A stretch of DNA of 64,000 nucleotides from a virus: positions 1 to 64,000 of IMG/VR virus record IMGVR_UViG_3300024999_000075. One strand, given 5' to 3'. Position 1 is the stretch's first letter. Every line of letters begins with the position of its first letter. The translations under genes were made by a program, and so were the position numbers. The notes beneath the pieces were generated by a model, which was not told the origin of the DNA, searched no databases, and saw only the letters and a list, made by a program, of their open reading frames with translations. Below, in pieces: positions 18,774 to 27,632 of the stretch.

Positions 18774-19964
18774 ATGGCTAAGTTTATAGATGCTAACGGA
18801 AATCCTCAGGACGTCCCGTTGAATGGTATGGCTCTCTACAAAGAAGCCATGGCCAAGAAGATTACTGTTCGACAGCTGATCAACAGCAAATGCCCTACCG
18901 CCGCTGGTGGACCTGATGCGTTCCAGCAGATGTGTATAGAAGCAGGTCTGCGGTTTAAAGCAGACGATGCTAATGGCGTACCGGCTACTAGTCTTCTGGA
19001 AATGTTTGAAGGTCCAAATGCTAGTTCCTTTACCCAGTCTGACGCCATCCCGACGAGCCGCTTGCTTTTTCCCGCAGCTTTGATGGAAGTGATCGAAGAT
19101 GCTCTCCAGTCAAAAGAAGATGTGGCTACCGGAGCCTTTGAGTCATTAGTTGGCTATAAAGCTACTGTTGCGAGTAATCGTATCGAGCAGCCGGTCATTT
19201 CTTACGGCGCTACTAAAGGTCCAGAGGATTCTCAGTTCCAGCATGTTAGTCAGAATACTCGCCCTCCGATTCTTCTTTCATTGCAAAGCTCCGATATTTC
19301 ACGTAAAATTCCCACTACCGCAATTGGTATGGAAATCAGCCGTGAAGCATTGCAGGCAAATAACCTGGACTTCGTGGCATTAACATTAAGCCGTTTCCTC
19401 CGAATCGCTAATTACAACGAGTGGGTTACGCAGATTACTGCGTTACTCTCTGGGGATGCAGATGCGGCTACCACTACTATGTCTGATGGTACTGCGGCAT
19501 TGGCTCAGGTAAAAGCCTCTGCTTATGATGCTACCATCGTTGCTAATGGAGTTCTGAGTCAGAAGGCATGGCTCAAATTCCTGTATGCCAATTCTATGAA
19601 GATGACTAAGACACATCTCGTATGCGACTTCGACGCTGCTCTTGCCATTGACAATAGACTTGACCGTCCCACCAATATGCATAACAATTCCATGGATCGC
19701 TTGGATGTGCCTTTTTCTGTTTCTTATCCGGCGTTTAACTCTAATATCTCAATGATAGTGATGCCCACAGGTACCTTCGCGGCAAACACAATTATGGCTC
19801 TTGAGCAGCCTACGGCTATTTCCAAGATTACCTCATCTACTGCCAGTTATTCAGCAATTGAGGAGATTATAATGAAGAAATCGACGGAAATTCGCCTGGA
19901 TAGGGGCTTCATTACCTATCGGAACTACTCAGACTCATTCGGTGTACTCTCACTTATTGCCTAA
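18774..19964 (+). CDS. Major capsid protein
   Basis: 396 aa, strong RBS, position, followed by terminator. Confidence 0.8.
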   Translation: MAKFIDANGNPQDVPLNGMALYKEAMAKKITVRQLINSKCPTAAGGPDAFQQMCIEAGLRFKADDANGVPATSLLEMFEGPNASSFTQSDAIPTSRLLFPAALMEVIEDALQSKEDVATGAFESLVGYKATVASNRIEQPVISYGATKGPEDSQFQHVSQNTRPPILLSLQSSDISRKIPTTAIGMEISREALQANNLDFVALTLSRFLRIANYNEWVTQITALLSGDADAATTTMSDGTAALAQVKASAYDATIVANGVLSQKAWLKFLYANSMKMTKTHLVCDFDAALAIDNRLDRPTNMHNNSMDRLDVPFSVSYPAFNSNISMIVMPTGTFAANTIMALEQPTAISKITSSTASYSAIEEIIMKKSTEIRLDRGFITYRNYSDSFGVLSLIA

Positions 19965-19966
19965 TC

Positions 19967-20012
19967 AATAAGAAAAGCCCTACCAGATTGCTCTGGTGGG
20001 GCTTTTCTTATT
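19967..20012. terminator. Bidirectional terminator
   Basis: AATAAGAAAAGCCCTACCAGA...TCTGGTGGGGCTTTTCTTATT between convergent genes. Confidence 0.85.
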
Positions 20013-20567
20013 TCAACACAACTCTAGAAACTTATCATATCTGATTAAAGGGTGTACCTTAGTTTCTCCAATCCTTTCAGCGTGTCGATCAAGTGTAGTC
20101 ATTATATCATCTTTGTAAGGCCAGAACTTCCTGTATATTTCCAGAGAAAATCTTAATAAACCAGTCTGACAGAAACTTGCTGGGAATACACAAGTGTCTA
20201 ATATAAACCCTTGAGGATAGTCGCTCATCTCCAAGCCTTCCGAGCGTATGGCACCAGCGGGCTCAAATACTGCGCTGAACAAACAATCATCTATTTGTAG
20301 AAAATAAGGTACAGTTATGAATTCATAACCATTATTAGAACATACGTCAGCTATGTCTAGGTCTCTATAAGTGGTGCTAACATTGGTGTAGTGTCCAGGA
20401 CCATCATATTCTACAACTACCATGTAATGATCATTTCTATAATCTGGACGAAGCTTGCTCCCTGAACTAGGAATGATTTTGTTATACACCCACTCACCTT
20501 TAGGAAATACCAGCTTGAGGAAATCTCCCAGCTTCTCTTCTGTTAAGTACCCATCGTATATTTTCAT
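20013..20567 (-). CDS. PD-(D/E)xK nuclease, DUF559/Vsr-like
   Basis: KLRPDYR...VVEYDGPGHY...GYEFITVPY. Confidence 0.75.
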   Translation of the reverse strand: MKIYDGYLTEEKLGDFLKLVFPKGEWVYNKIIPSSGSKLRPDYRNDHYMVVVEYDGPGHYTNVSTTYRDLDIADVCSNNGYEFITVPYFLQIDDCLFSAVFEPAGAIRSEGLEMSDYPQGFILDTCVFPASFCQTGLLRFSLEIYRKFWPYKDDIMTTLDRHAERIGETKVHPLIRYDKFLELC

Positions 20568-20737
20568 TTGTTCTCTCCTTTAGTAGATCCCATCCTCTCC
20601 AACATCTCTGTCAATGCTCTTCGAACCAAATCCGAAGTAGTATAACCCTTCTCCAAAGCCAATTTCTCTATTCTCTCCCAAACAGCATCCGACAACCATA
20701 CAGTGTGTTTTCTTAAATCACTTTTTCTTCTTGGCAT
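20564..20737 (-). CDS. CopG/ribbon-helix-helix protein, 57 aa (not in ORF track)
   Basis: AGGAGG RBS; MPRRKSDLRKHTVWLSDAVWERIEKLALEKGYTTSDLVRRALTEML; stop overlaps nuclease start (ATGA). Confidence 0.8.
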   Translation of the reverse strand: MPRRKSDLRKHTVWLSDAVWERIEKLALEKGYTTSDLVRRALTEMLERMGSTKGENK

Positions 20738-20865
20738 ATATAACCTCCTTTAGGTATTTACACTACCTTACACCTCACAGCCACACTCTGCAACTATAAA
20801 CTTGCACTACGCAGCAAAAAATACTATCATGTCAGCAACACTTTAATATAAAAGGAGACTACATA

Positions 20866-21126
20866 ATGGCAAGGCCAAAAAAACTCAACCACCCTCCGAC
20901 TACCAACGCTGAAGCTCTGAAGGAAGTCACCATACCCGAAATTGTAGAGGAACCAATTGTTGAAGAAATTATAAAGCCTGATAAGAAGCTCTACCGCTCA
21001 ATAAGATTTAATATGTATCATCCGTTTCAATTTCGCCACCTTACCACTGACGCCGCAACTGAACTCTTCATGGATGGTTGGCTTGAATCACAGATCAACG
21101 CAGGTCTGGTAGAAGAATGGCAATAA
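20866..21126 (+). CDS. Small virion-associated protein
   Basis: AAGGAG RBS; WLESQINAGLV C-terminus. Confidence 0.7.
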   Translation: MARPKKLNHPPTTNAEALKEVTIPEIVEEPIVEEIIKPDKKLYRSIRFNMYHPFQFRHLTTDAATELFMDGWLESQINAGLVEEWQ

Positions 21127-21711
21127 CCAAAGTAATAAAACATTTCAAACGAGGTAAACAACGATGAGATTTAATTGGCCTGGAGCATTAAAAGCAGCAC
21201 TCGAAGCATGTACCATGATAGCGTCCTCTATCACCAGCGCAACTACCGTCAGATCAATAGGAGCCATCGGCTACGAGACTGGCGCTGGAGGGGCAGTAAC
21301 CCAAGGAACTGATAAGACCACAGCCGTTACCCTTAATAAGTTGTGTGGAACCATTACCATGCACGCTGAGTCTTTAGCTGCCGGGGCTGAGACTGGTTTC
21401 ACGCTCACCAACTCAACCATAGCGGCTACAGATGTAGTCGTGGTTTGTATCAAGGGTGTAGGTACAGTAAGCTCTTATCAGATTTCCGTGGACGGGGTAG
21501 CCACGGGATCTTGCCATATTACCTTGGCGAATCTGTCAGCGGGTGCTTTAGCGGAGGCTATTACTGTGAACTTTGTGGTTATCAAAGGTGTTGCTGCTTA
21601 AACCAAATGAAGGAGACTCTGATGATAATTTTACCAACTCGCCAACTGAACTCTTCATGGACGGCTGGCTTGAATCACAAATTAACGCTGGTCTGGTAAA
21701 AGAATGGCAAT
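21056..21711 (+). repeat. 69-bp direct repeat (21056-21124 and 21643-21711) flanking the 145-aa gene
   Basis: 63/69 identical. Confidence 0.9.
21164..21601 (+). CDS. Beta-rich structural (head fibre/decoration-like) protein
   Basis: GYETGAGGAVTQ...TTAVTLNKLCGTITM motif seen in phage structural genes. Confidence 0.65.
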   Translation: MRFNWPGALKAALEACTMIASSITSATTVRSIGAIGYETGAGGAVTQGTDKTTAVTLNKLCGTITMHAESLAAGAETGFTLTNSTIAATDVVVVCIKGVGTVSSYQISVDGVATGSCHITLANLSAGALAEAITVNFVVIKGVAA

Positions 21712-22207
21712 CGTAGATTATACTAGCTATGATGAGGTGAGAACCACCTGTGGCGTTTCCGAAAAGGAACTTCCAGATGCTGAACTTGCTCTGGAGATCT
21801 ACGATAACGTCCTCGGTCTCGCTCTGGCTGAAGTAACCCTTCCGACCGAGGAGCCTGGACCTGGACCTCTTGACACCCGGTACATAGCTATCAAAGCTAT
21901 TCCTGTTGGAACCAGGACCGCGATACAACAGAAGCTTTACAATTTAACAAGGATGTTCGCTACTTACACTGTCGCTTTCGAAGTAGCAACCAGCCTCTCA
22001 CTCAAGGCACCCAAAAGCATTGGAGATGGCAAAGCAACCTTAGTACGCTTCTCCCCGGAAGCAACTTTCCAGGATGTCATTGAAGCGATAACCAAGAAGC
22101 TGGACGAAGTACGCTACCGCATAGAGAACATCAATGCCTCAGCTGTAGTGTCCTTGCCTTTGATGGCAGCAGTGAAACCTGCTATTGATCCTGTGACTGG
22201 CGTATGA
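21704..22207 (+). CDS. Head-tail adaptor
   Basis: YTSYDEVRTTCGVSEKELPD; position. Confidence 0.65.
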   Translation: MAIVDYTSYDEVRTTCGVSEKELPDAELALEIYDNVLGLALAEVTLPTEEPGPGPLDTRYIAIKAIPVGTRTAIQQKLYNLTRMFATYTVAFEVATSLSLKAPKSIGDGKATLVRFSPEATFQDVIEAITKKLDEVRYRIENINASAVVSLPLMAAVKPAIDPVTGV

Positions 22208-23043
22208 TGACCCTTACTCAAGCCTCCCGCTTTTTCGATGAGTCACTCTTCACCGATTCATATGGGAGTGCTACGTTCTATGGCCAGATCTTACCCTTTG
22301 CTGACAACACCAGATCAGCGTCTTCCGCTACCCGTAGGGTTTTGGATGTAGCTCCCTCGGTCTCCATTCCATCTAAGCGAACAGTAACGGAGAGTGCCTC
22401 CAGTAATAAGTACATCATCTCCTACAAGGCTTCCGACTTCTTCCAAGGCGATGAGATCAGGGCTAAATACCCCGTCCTGCCGGTATCGACCCAGTATAAT
22501 ATCAGGAGTATTGATCAGAGCCTGGCAAGTTCTGGTGGCGTTACTGATGCCTATATGAGCCCTTCGTACATCAGAAGGAATATCCTGGAAGACAATTCTG
22601 ATTATCTTGGTAGTTATGAGATTCACTTCAGCTCTTATTACACCATCACCCAAGGCCAAATAATCCATGGTGGCGGAAAGTATTATAGAGCAAGGGAAAA
22701 TTCCAGGATTGACGATATCGGTTTTGGTGCGGTCGAAGCAGCCGAATTACAAGACCCAATACAAACCTACATCTTTCAAGGTCAAGGGGATACTTATGAT
22801 CCTGCAACTGACTCTTATAATACTCCTGCTGCTATTACTGGAGTTGTCTGCTTAGTTGAGCACGTCACTATGGACTTTCAGCATGAGGCCATGGGGTATG
22901 TTGAGATGGAGCATGGAGATAAGTCTATTTCCTTCTTAAAATCGGTCGTTACTGCGGTGAAAGTAGGAGATAAGATTGGGAAATATCGTATTGAGTCGGT
23001 GATGGATCACTCCACTTTCTGGACTGTTCAGGGTAGGGTATGA
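22204..23043 (+). CDS. Head closure/virion structural protein
   Basis: 279 aa, YDPATD motif, position. Confidence 0.6.
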   Translation: MMTLTQASRFFDESLFTDSYGSATFYGQILPFADNTRSASSATRRVLDVAPSVSIPSKRTVTESASSNKYIISYKASDFFQGDEIRAKYPVLPVSTQYNIRSIDQSLASSGGVTDAYMSPSYIRRNILEDNSDYLGSYEIHFSSYYTITQGQIIHGGGKYYRARENSRIDDIGFGAVEAAELQDPIQTYIFQGQGDTYDPATDSYNTPAAITGVVCLVEHVTMDFQHEAMGYVEMEHGDKSISFLKSVVTAVKVGDKIGKYRIESVMDHSTFWTVQGRV

Positions 23044-23606
23044 AGTTTTCTATAAAGATTGGCGGTGTAGATGTCTCAGCTAAGGGCAGCTCCAAGGCTG
23101 CTTTCAAGGAAGCTGAAAACGTCAGAAAGGAAACTGCTGAGTGTATTGCTGGAATGGTGGCTGAGACCTTTGAGCAGATCCTTTTTAACGCACCTCAGTA
23201 TACTGGCAACTTTGTCGCTAATATGGCTGTTCGGTCAGGACTCTCAGCTGGAGCTAAGGGTGGGGAAGAATATTTCTCTCATGTTTGGCCTATAGTTCCT
23301 CCTCAGGAGGTTTTTGAACGAGGCAAGATGCCAGCTATTGAAGCAGCTTTATCTGCTAATAAAAACATCGTCAAGAACCTTACTTCCCATATCGTCAAGC
23401 AGAGCGGCTGGATATCTGGTGTGACCATCTACAATCGCCTCAGTGACGCTGAGATTGTCGAGAACCTTAATGCTATGCGCCTAAGAGATCCTAACGTTCC
23501 CGGTGCCCACCCAATGGCTAGGGGGGCTGCTTGGTTGGAGGCCATTGCCGGAAAGAAGATTGTTTACGGCTCACCTGAATTCCATGCTTATAGGATGAAA
23601 AGATGA
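23040..23606 (+). CDS. Neck/tail completion protein (HK97 gp10-like)
   Basis: APQYTGNFVAN, IYNRL. Confidence 0.6.
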   Translation: MKFSIKIGGVDVSAKGSSKAAFKEAENVRKETAECIAGMVAETFEQILFNAPQYTGNFVANMAVRSGLSAGAKGGEEYFSHVWPIVPPQEVFERGKMPAIEAALSANKNIVKNLTSHIVKQSGWISGVTIYNRLSDAEIVENLNAMRLRDPNVPGAHPMARGAAWLEAIAGKKIVYGSPEFHAYRMKR

Positions 23607-24016
23607 ACCCCTACGAAACCACCAGGGCTAAGCTTGCTGCTTTAGTCAAGACCTTCCACGATACTTACTATCCAACGATGGAAGTCAACTATCCAAAGAA
23701 CTGGCGCACCGACATTGAGGCTTCAGTGAATCCCTTCGTTGGGGTGGAGATTACTTGGAGTTCTCGGACGATGGGCTTGAATCCCAGGAAAGATCTGGAA
23801 GTCTCAGGAGCTTTGGTGTTAAATCATTACGCTCGGGCGGGGAAAGGTGAGAAGATTTTCACCGACTATACGGATGCACTGTATAGTTTCATAGGTTACA
23901 AGAATTTAAGTGGCATTAACTTTTACAGTGTGATACCATATAGCAACACAGGAAAGCCTGGATTTGACGGAGTTATGAATTATGTCAAGTTTGATACGGA
24001 TTACTTTAATATTTAA
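23603..24016 (+). CDS. Tail terminator
   Basis: 137 aa directly before tail tube gene. Confidence 0.55.
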   Translation: MNPYETTRAKLAALVKTFHDTYYPTMEVNYPKNWRTDIEASVNPFVGVEITWSSRTMGLNPRKDLEVSGALVLNHYARAGKGEKIFTDYTDALYSFIGYKNLSGINFYSVIPYSNTGKPGFDGVMNYVKFDTDYFNI

Positions 24017-24027
24017 GGAGTTTAGCT

Positions 24028-25230
24028 ATGCCTTCAAGTTCATCGAGTACAGTTTGGCGGTTTTTGGAGCAGGATACTGCTGGGGAAATCGAAGTAGGTA
24101 ATCCCCAAACCTGGAGGGTTACGGGCGGAGCAATTACCCAGACGACAACTAACTCCCCTGATAATGAACTGCGATCTGATCGCGGTCGTGGTGACTCCAC
24201 TTTAGTCTCTGGGTCAGTGGCTGGTACTATCAACATTAACTGGTCGCATGGCACCCATGAGGAATTCCTATCAGCTTTGTTAGCAGATGCACCTACTCCT
24301 GTGGCTGCTGGGGGGGTGAAAACTGTCAGCGACATGACATTTTCTACTGTTACTCATATTATTGGCTCTGCTTCAGCTGCCTTACCAGTTTTGGCTAAAG
24401 GGCAGTGGTTCCGTATCACAGGTGCTGTGTCTGCTCTGAATAATGGTATTTACCGCGCCAGCCTAACTACTGCTCCAACAACTACCGAGATCGTAGTTGA
24501 AACCGTTGTTAAAGATTGTGGACTTACTGCTACTGCTGATGAATGTGTAATTTCGAGCACAAGATACCTGCAAGGCAATGATACTCCACGGTTTTTTACA
24601 ATAGAACGTGAGTTGGCTGACGTAGGCAAGTACCATACCTTCGCTGATGCTTATGTGACGGGTATGAACCTTTCTTACTCCCCCTCTGAACGTGTATCTG
24701 GCAGTTTTAGCTTTATGTGTAAAGAGCCTGAGGTTCATGGCGATGCTTCCCTGTTTCCTGGAATAGCCACGGCTGTTGCTGCCACAACCTCGACCACGTA
24801 TAACACTGTGGTTGGTACACATGTTCTAGTAGACGGCACAGATCTGGGGGAGGGATGTATAGCTTCCCTTAACCTTGACCTATCAGCCGGAGCTAGAGAG
24901 AGACGATGTTTGGGTAGTGGGCTTGCACCTTCAGGAATTGCATTTGATTCCCATTCAGTTACAGCCAGTGGTAGTGTATTCTTTGGGACTGCTGCTACTT
25001 CTGCTCTTTATAATAAACAATTGACTGATCTGCCGATTAACATTGCAATGTGCGTTACCGACGCAGCAGGAAACGCCCTCGCTTTTAGTATTCCTAGAGC
25101 TAAGCTTACAGCGGCAAGCATCGACGGAGGTTCGGCTGGAAGTGACGTGTTGATGTCCTTCAATATTGAAGCTAGCACCGACAGTACGTTAGGCAGTATG
25201 ATTGCCTTTGATGTTATGGGCGCTCTGTAA
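24028..25230 (+). CDS. Major tail tube protein with inserted domain
   Basis: NELRSDR, GTININWS, FFTIER, FSIPRAKL. Confidence 0.8.
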   Translation: MPSSSSSTVWRFLEQDTAGEIEVGNPQTWRVTGGAITQTTTNSPDNELRSDRGRGDSTLVSGSVAGTININWSHGTHEEFLSALLADAPTPVAAGGVKTVSDMTFSTVTHIIGSASAALPVLAKGQWFRITGAVSALNNGIYRASLTTAPTTTEIVVETVVKDCGLTATADECVISSTRYLQGNDTPRFFTIERELADVGKYHTFADAYVTGMNLSYSPSERVSGSFSFMCKEPEVHGDASLFPGIATAVAATTSTTYNTVVGTHVLVDGTDLGEGCIASLNLDLSAGARERRCLGSGLAPSGIAFDSHSVTASGSVFFGTAATSALYNKQLTDLPINIAMCVTDAAGNALAFSIPRAKLTAASIDGGSAGSDVLMSFNIEASTDSTLGSMIAFDVMGAL

Positions 25231-25257
25231 CAACTAGATTCCTTTACACTTGCAGCT

Positions 25258-25299
25258 AAATGGCCTTCTTCCTGTAAAGGGAGAAGGCCATTTTTGTTT
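25258..25299 (+). terminator. Intrinsic terminator
   Basis: AAATGGCCTTCT...AGAAGGCCATTTTTGTTT. Confidence 0.85.
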
Positions 25300-25425
25300 G
25301 TTCACTAGCGGGAAACATAAAATTCAGTATAGTGGTCCAAGTTTTTTGTTGGAATCAATGTATAACTGCTTTATAGTAGTAATTATGGATTAGTAAATAC
25401 CAACATTAAACTGTGAGGATATCTA

Positions 25426-26646
25426 ATGAAGATATGTAACAAATGCAAAGGAGAAAAAAGTGAGCTTGAATTTGGAACCTCAAAGAAAACTAAGGACGGA
25501 CTCAGGAATCAGTGTAAGGAGTGTAGGAAGGGGGAGTACACTAACAATAAGGAGGCCGTATTAGCTAAGAGAAAGAAACATTATCAAGAGAATAAAGACG
25601 AGGTAATTGCCAGAGCCTCCAGTTATTATTATAACAATAAACCAAAAGTAGCAGTAAAAAGTAAAGTATATAGGGATAATAACAAGGAGTATTTGTCTGC
25701 TAAGTCAGCGGAATACCGCGCCAAGAACAAGTACATTCTCTCGATGAGGAAGCAGAAGTATTATTATGCCAATAGAGAGAAGATGCTAAGCAGAAGTAAA
25801 GAGTACCGGACACTCAACAAAGCTAGGCTAGCAGAGGCAGCTAAAGCATACAACTTGCGTAATAGAGAGAAGGTAGCAGCTAGTCACGCTACCTATTATC
25901 AAAAGCATCGGGAAACTTTTGCATTAAAGGCTAAGGAGCATAGAGCCAAGAATAGAGATCATCTGTCTGCTAAATCAGCAGAATATTATTTGAGAAATAA
26001 GGATGAAATAAAAGGTAGAACAGCTAAGTGGAGGGAGGAGAATGCAGCAATTGCTAAAGCTAAACACAAGGTTTTTGCTCAATCTTTTTCAAAATCAGTG
26101 AGGCTGCTCAAACAATTATTGCCATTGGATAACCCCATGATGATTGAAGGTTTCGTAACAGTGACCTGTAAACATTGTGGGACGAGATTCAAGCCTACTA
26201 ATCAAGACATAAGACATAGAATATCATCAAACAAAGGAAATTCTCCAGGGGAAAATAACTTCTATTGTAGTGATGAATGTAAATCGCTTTGTTTATTATT
26301 CAAATTCTCTACTCACAATCAAATTGACCCCCGCTCCTCCCAATACGTGCCAGACTCCGACACCAAAGAAGCCAGGAAATGCCAACAACAATCCAGAAAA
26401 GCTTTCCTAGCCCTACAACTTGACGAATACGGCTACACTTTTTGCGAAAAATGCTCAACTCCGCTCCCTGCCAAAGACCTTCAACTGCACCACACAAAGC
26501 CAGTTTCGATCTTTGGAAAGGAGGCAATAGATGCGTCAACTCAGCTACTTATGTGTAAGACTTGCCATCCTACTCATGCTTCTTGTCTTCTTGAGTTTCA
26601 AACAAGCTATACCCATCCAACAACCGACGAACAACCTCACTCTTAG
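25426..26646 (+). CDS. HNH-type homing endonuclease
   Basis: KICNKC...QCKEC, long Lys/Glu/Tyr helical repeats, CEKC...LQLHHTKPV...LMCKTCH. Confidence 0.75.
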   Translation: MKICNKCKGEKSELEFGTSKKTKDGLRNQCKECRKGEYTNNKEAVLAKRKKHYQENKDEVIARASSYYYNNKPKVAVKSKVYRDNNKEYLSAKSAEYRAKNKYILSMRKQKYYYANREKMLSRSKEYRTLNKARLAEAAKAYNLRNREKVAASHATYYQKHRETFALKAKEHRAKNRDHLSAKSAEYYLRNKDEIKGRTAKWREENAAIAKAKHKVFAQSFSKSVRLLKQLLPLDNPMMIEGFVTVTCKHCGTRFKPTNQDIRHRISSNKGNSPGENNFYCSDECKSLCLLFKFSTHNQIDPRSSQYVPDSDTKEARKCQQQSRKAFLALQLDEYGYTFCEKCSTPLPAKDLQLHHTKPVSIFGKEAIDASTQLLMCKTCHPTHASCLLEFQTSYTHPTTDEQPHS

Positions 26647-26844
26647 TGATACCCATCTTTATTGATAGGATTTCCAACTTACGAAAATAATAGGGCGAAA
26701 GATTGACAGGCACAATTTTATTAAGTCTCTTTATGGTCATTTGAGCAACTCTCCTCTTGATATTTTATCTTAAATACTTTACAATCACTACAGTACCAGA
26801 AGGTAACACATTTTACAAACACTTTTTAAAGGAGACTCCAAACA

Positions 26845-27273
26845 ATGTTTGATCTACACAAGTCCTACTCTTTTTCTAAAGAAAAAGCCAATGATGGTGT
26901 TAACATGGTCGTCGGCCCAGATCCCAAGACCGATTACGTCACCCTCCGGCGAATCCCCAACGATCTCTACAAGACCAAACTCTCAGCTGTAATGCTGGCC
27001 AATCGCCGTACCCTTGAGATCTTGAAGGCCCAGGATGAAGCAGCCCACGCTATCCGTGATACCGAGATATTTTCGGAAGTGATCGCTGAGACGGTACTTA
27101 TCGGTTGGGGCAAAGGCTTCGCCGATGAGGGTAAAGTAATTCCCTACTCAGTGGAAGCAGCCAAAAACTTTTTGATTAAGTATCCCGACTTCAGGTCAGA
27201 TATCATCGACTTCGCCTCTGATCGCAAGAATTATGCTCCGGAGGTAGATGCCTCAGAGTTAAAAAAGAGCTGA
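26845..27273 (+). CDS. Tail assembly chaperone (gpG-like)
   Basis: Position before TMP; IAETVLIGW; ends at slippery site. Confidence 0.8.
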   Translation: MFDLHKSYSFSKEKANDGVNMVVGPDPKTDYVTLRRIPNDLYKTKLSAVMLANRRTLEILKAQDEAAHAIRDTEIFSEVIAETVLIGWGKGFADEGKVIPYSVEAAKNFLIKYPDFRSDIIDFASDRKNYAPEVDASELKKS

Positions 27274-27629
27274 TAGCCTATATGGAGTGGGAGCAAGAGT
27301 GGGGCCATCAATTGCCCACTCTTCTCCAGTACCAGAAAAACACAGGTAAAACTCCAAGTGGGCTACAAAACATGCCAGTCCTCCCCTTCTACCTAGAAGA
27401 GATCCTCAATCACTTCTACACCCTCTCCCGCTCCCGCCAATATTACGCTGAGATAGTCCCAACTAAGACTGGACAGGTCTATACAGTCAGACGCCCGAAT
27501 CCAATTGATGTTTCAGTTATACTAAGCTATAATGCCAATATTGCTAAGGTGCTTAAAGACTGTGACTTCCTGGATATCATCCAGACCTTAGACCACATGT
27601 ACATGCAGAACGCCTTCAAGAAGGGATAG
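27261..27629 (+). CDS. Tail assembly chaperone -1 frameshift extension (gpGT-like)
   Basis: A AAA AAG at 27261-27267 in correct phase; -1 frame open into MEWEQ ORF. Confidence 0.85.
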   Translation, partial: KKELIAYMEWEQEWGHQLPTLLQYQKNTGKTPSGLQNMPVLPFYLEEILNHFYTLSRSRQYYAEIVPTKTGQVYTVRRPNPIDVSVILSYNANIAKVLKDCDFLDIIQTLDHMYMQNAFKKG

Positions 27630-27632
27630 CCG

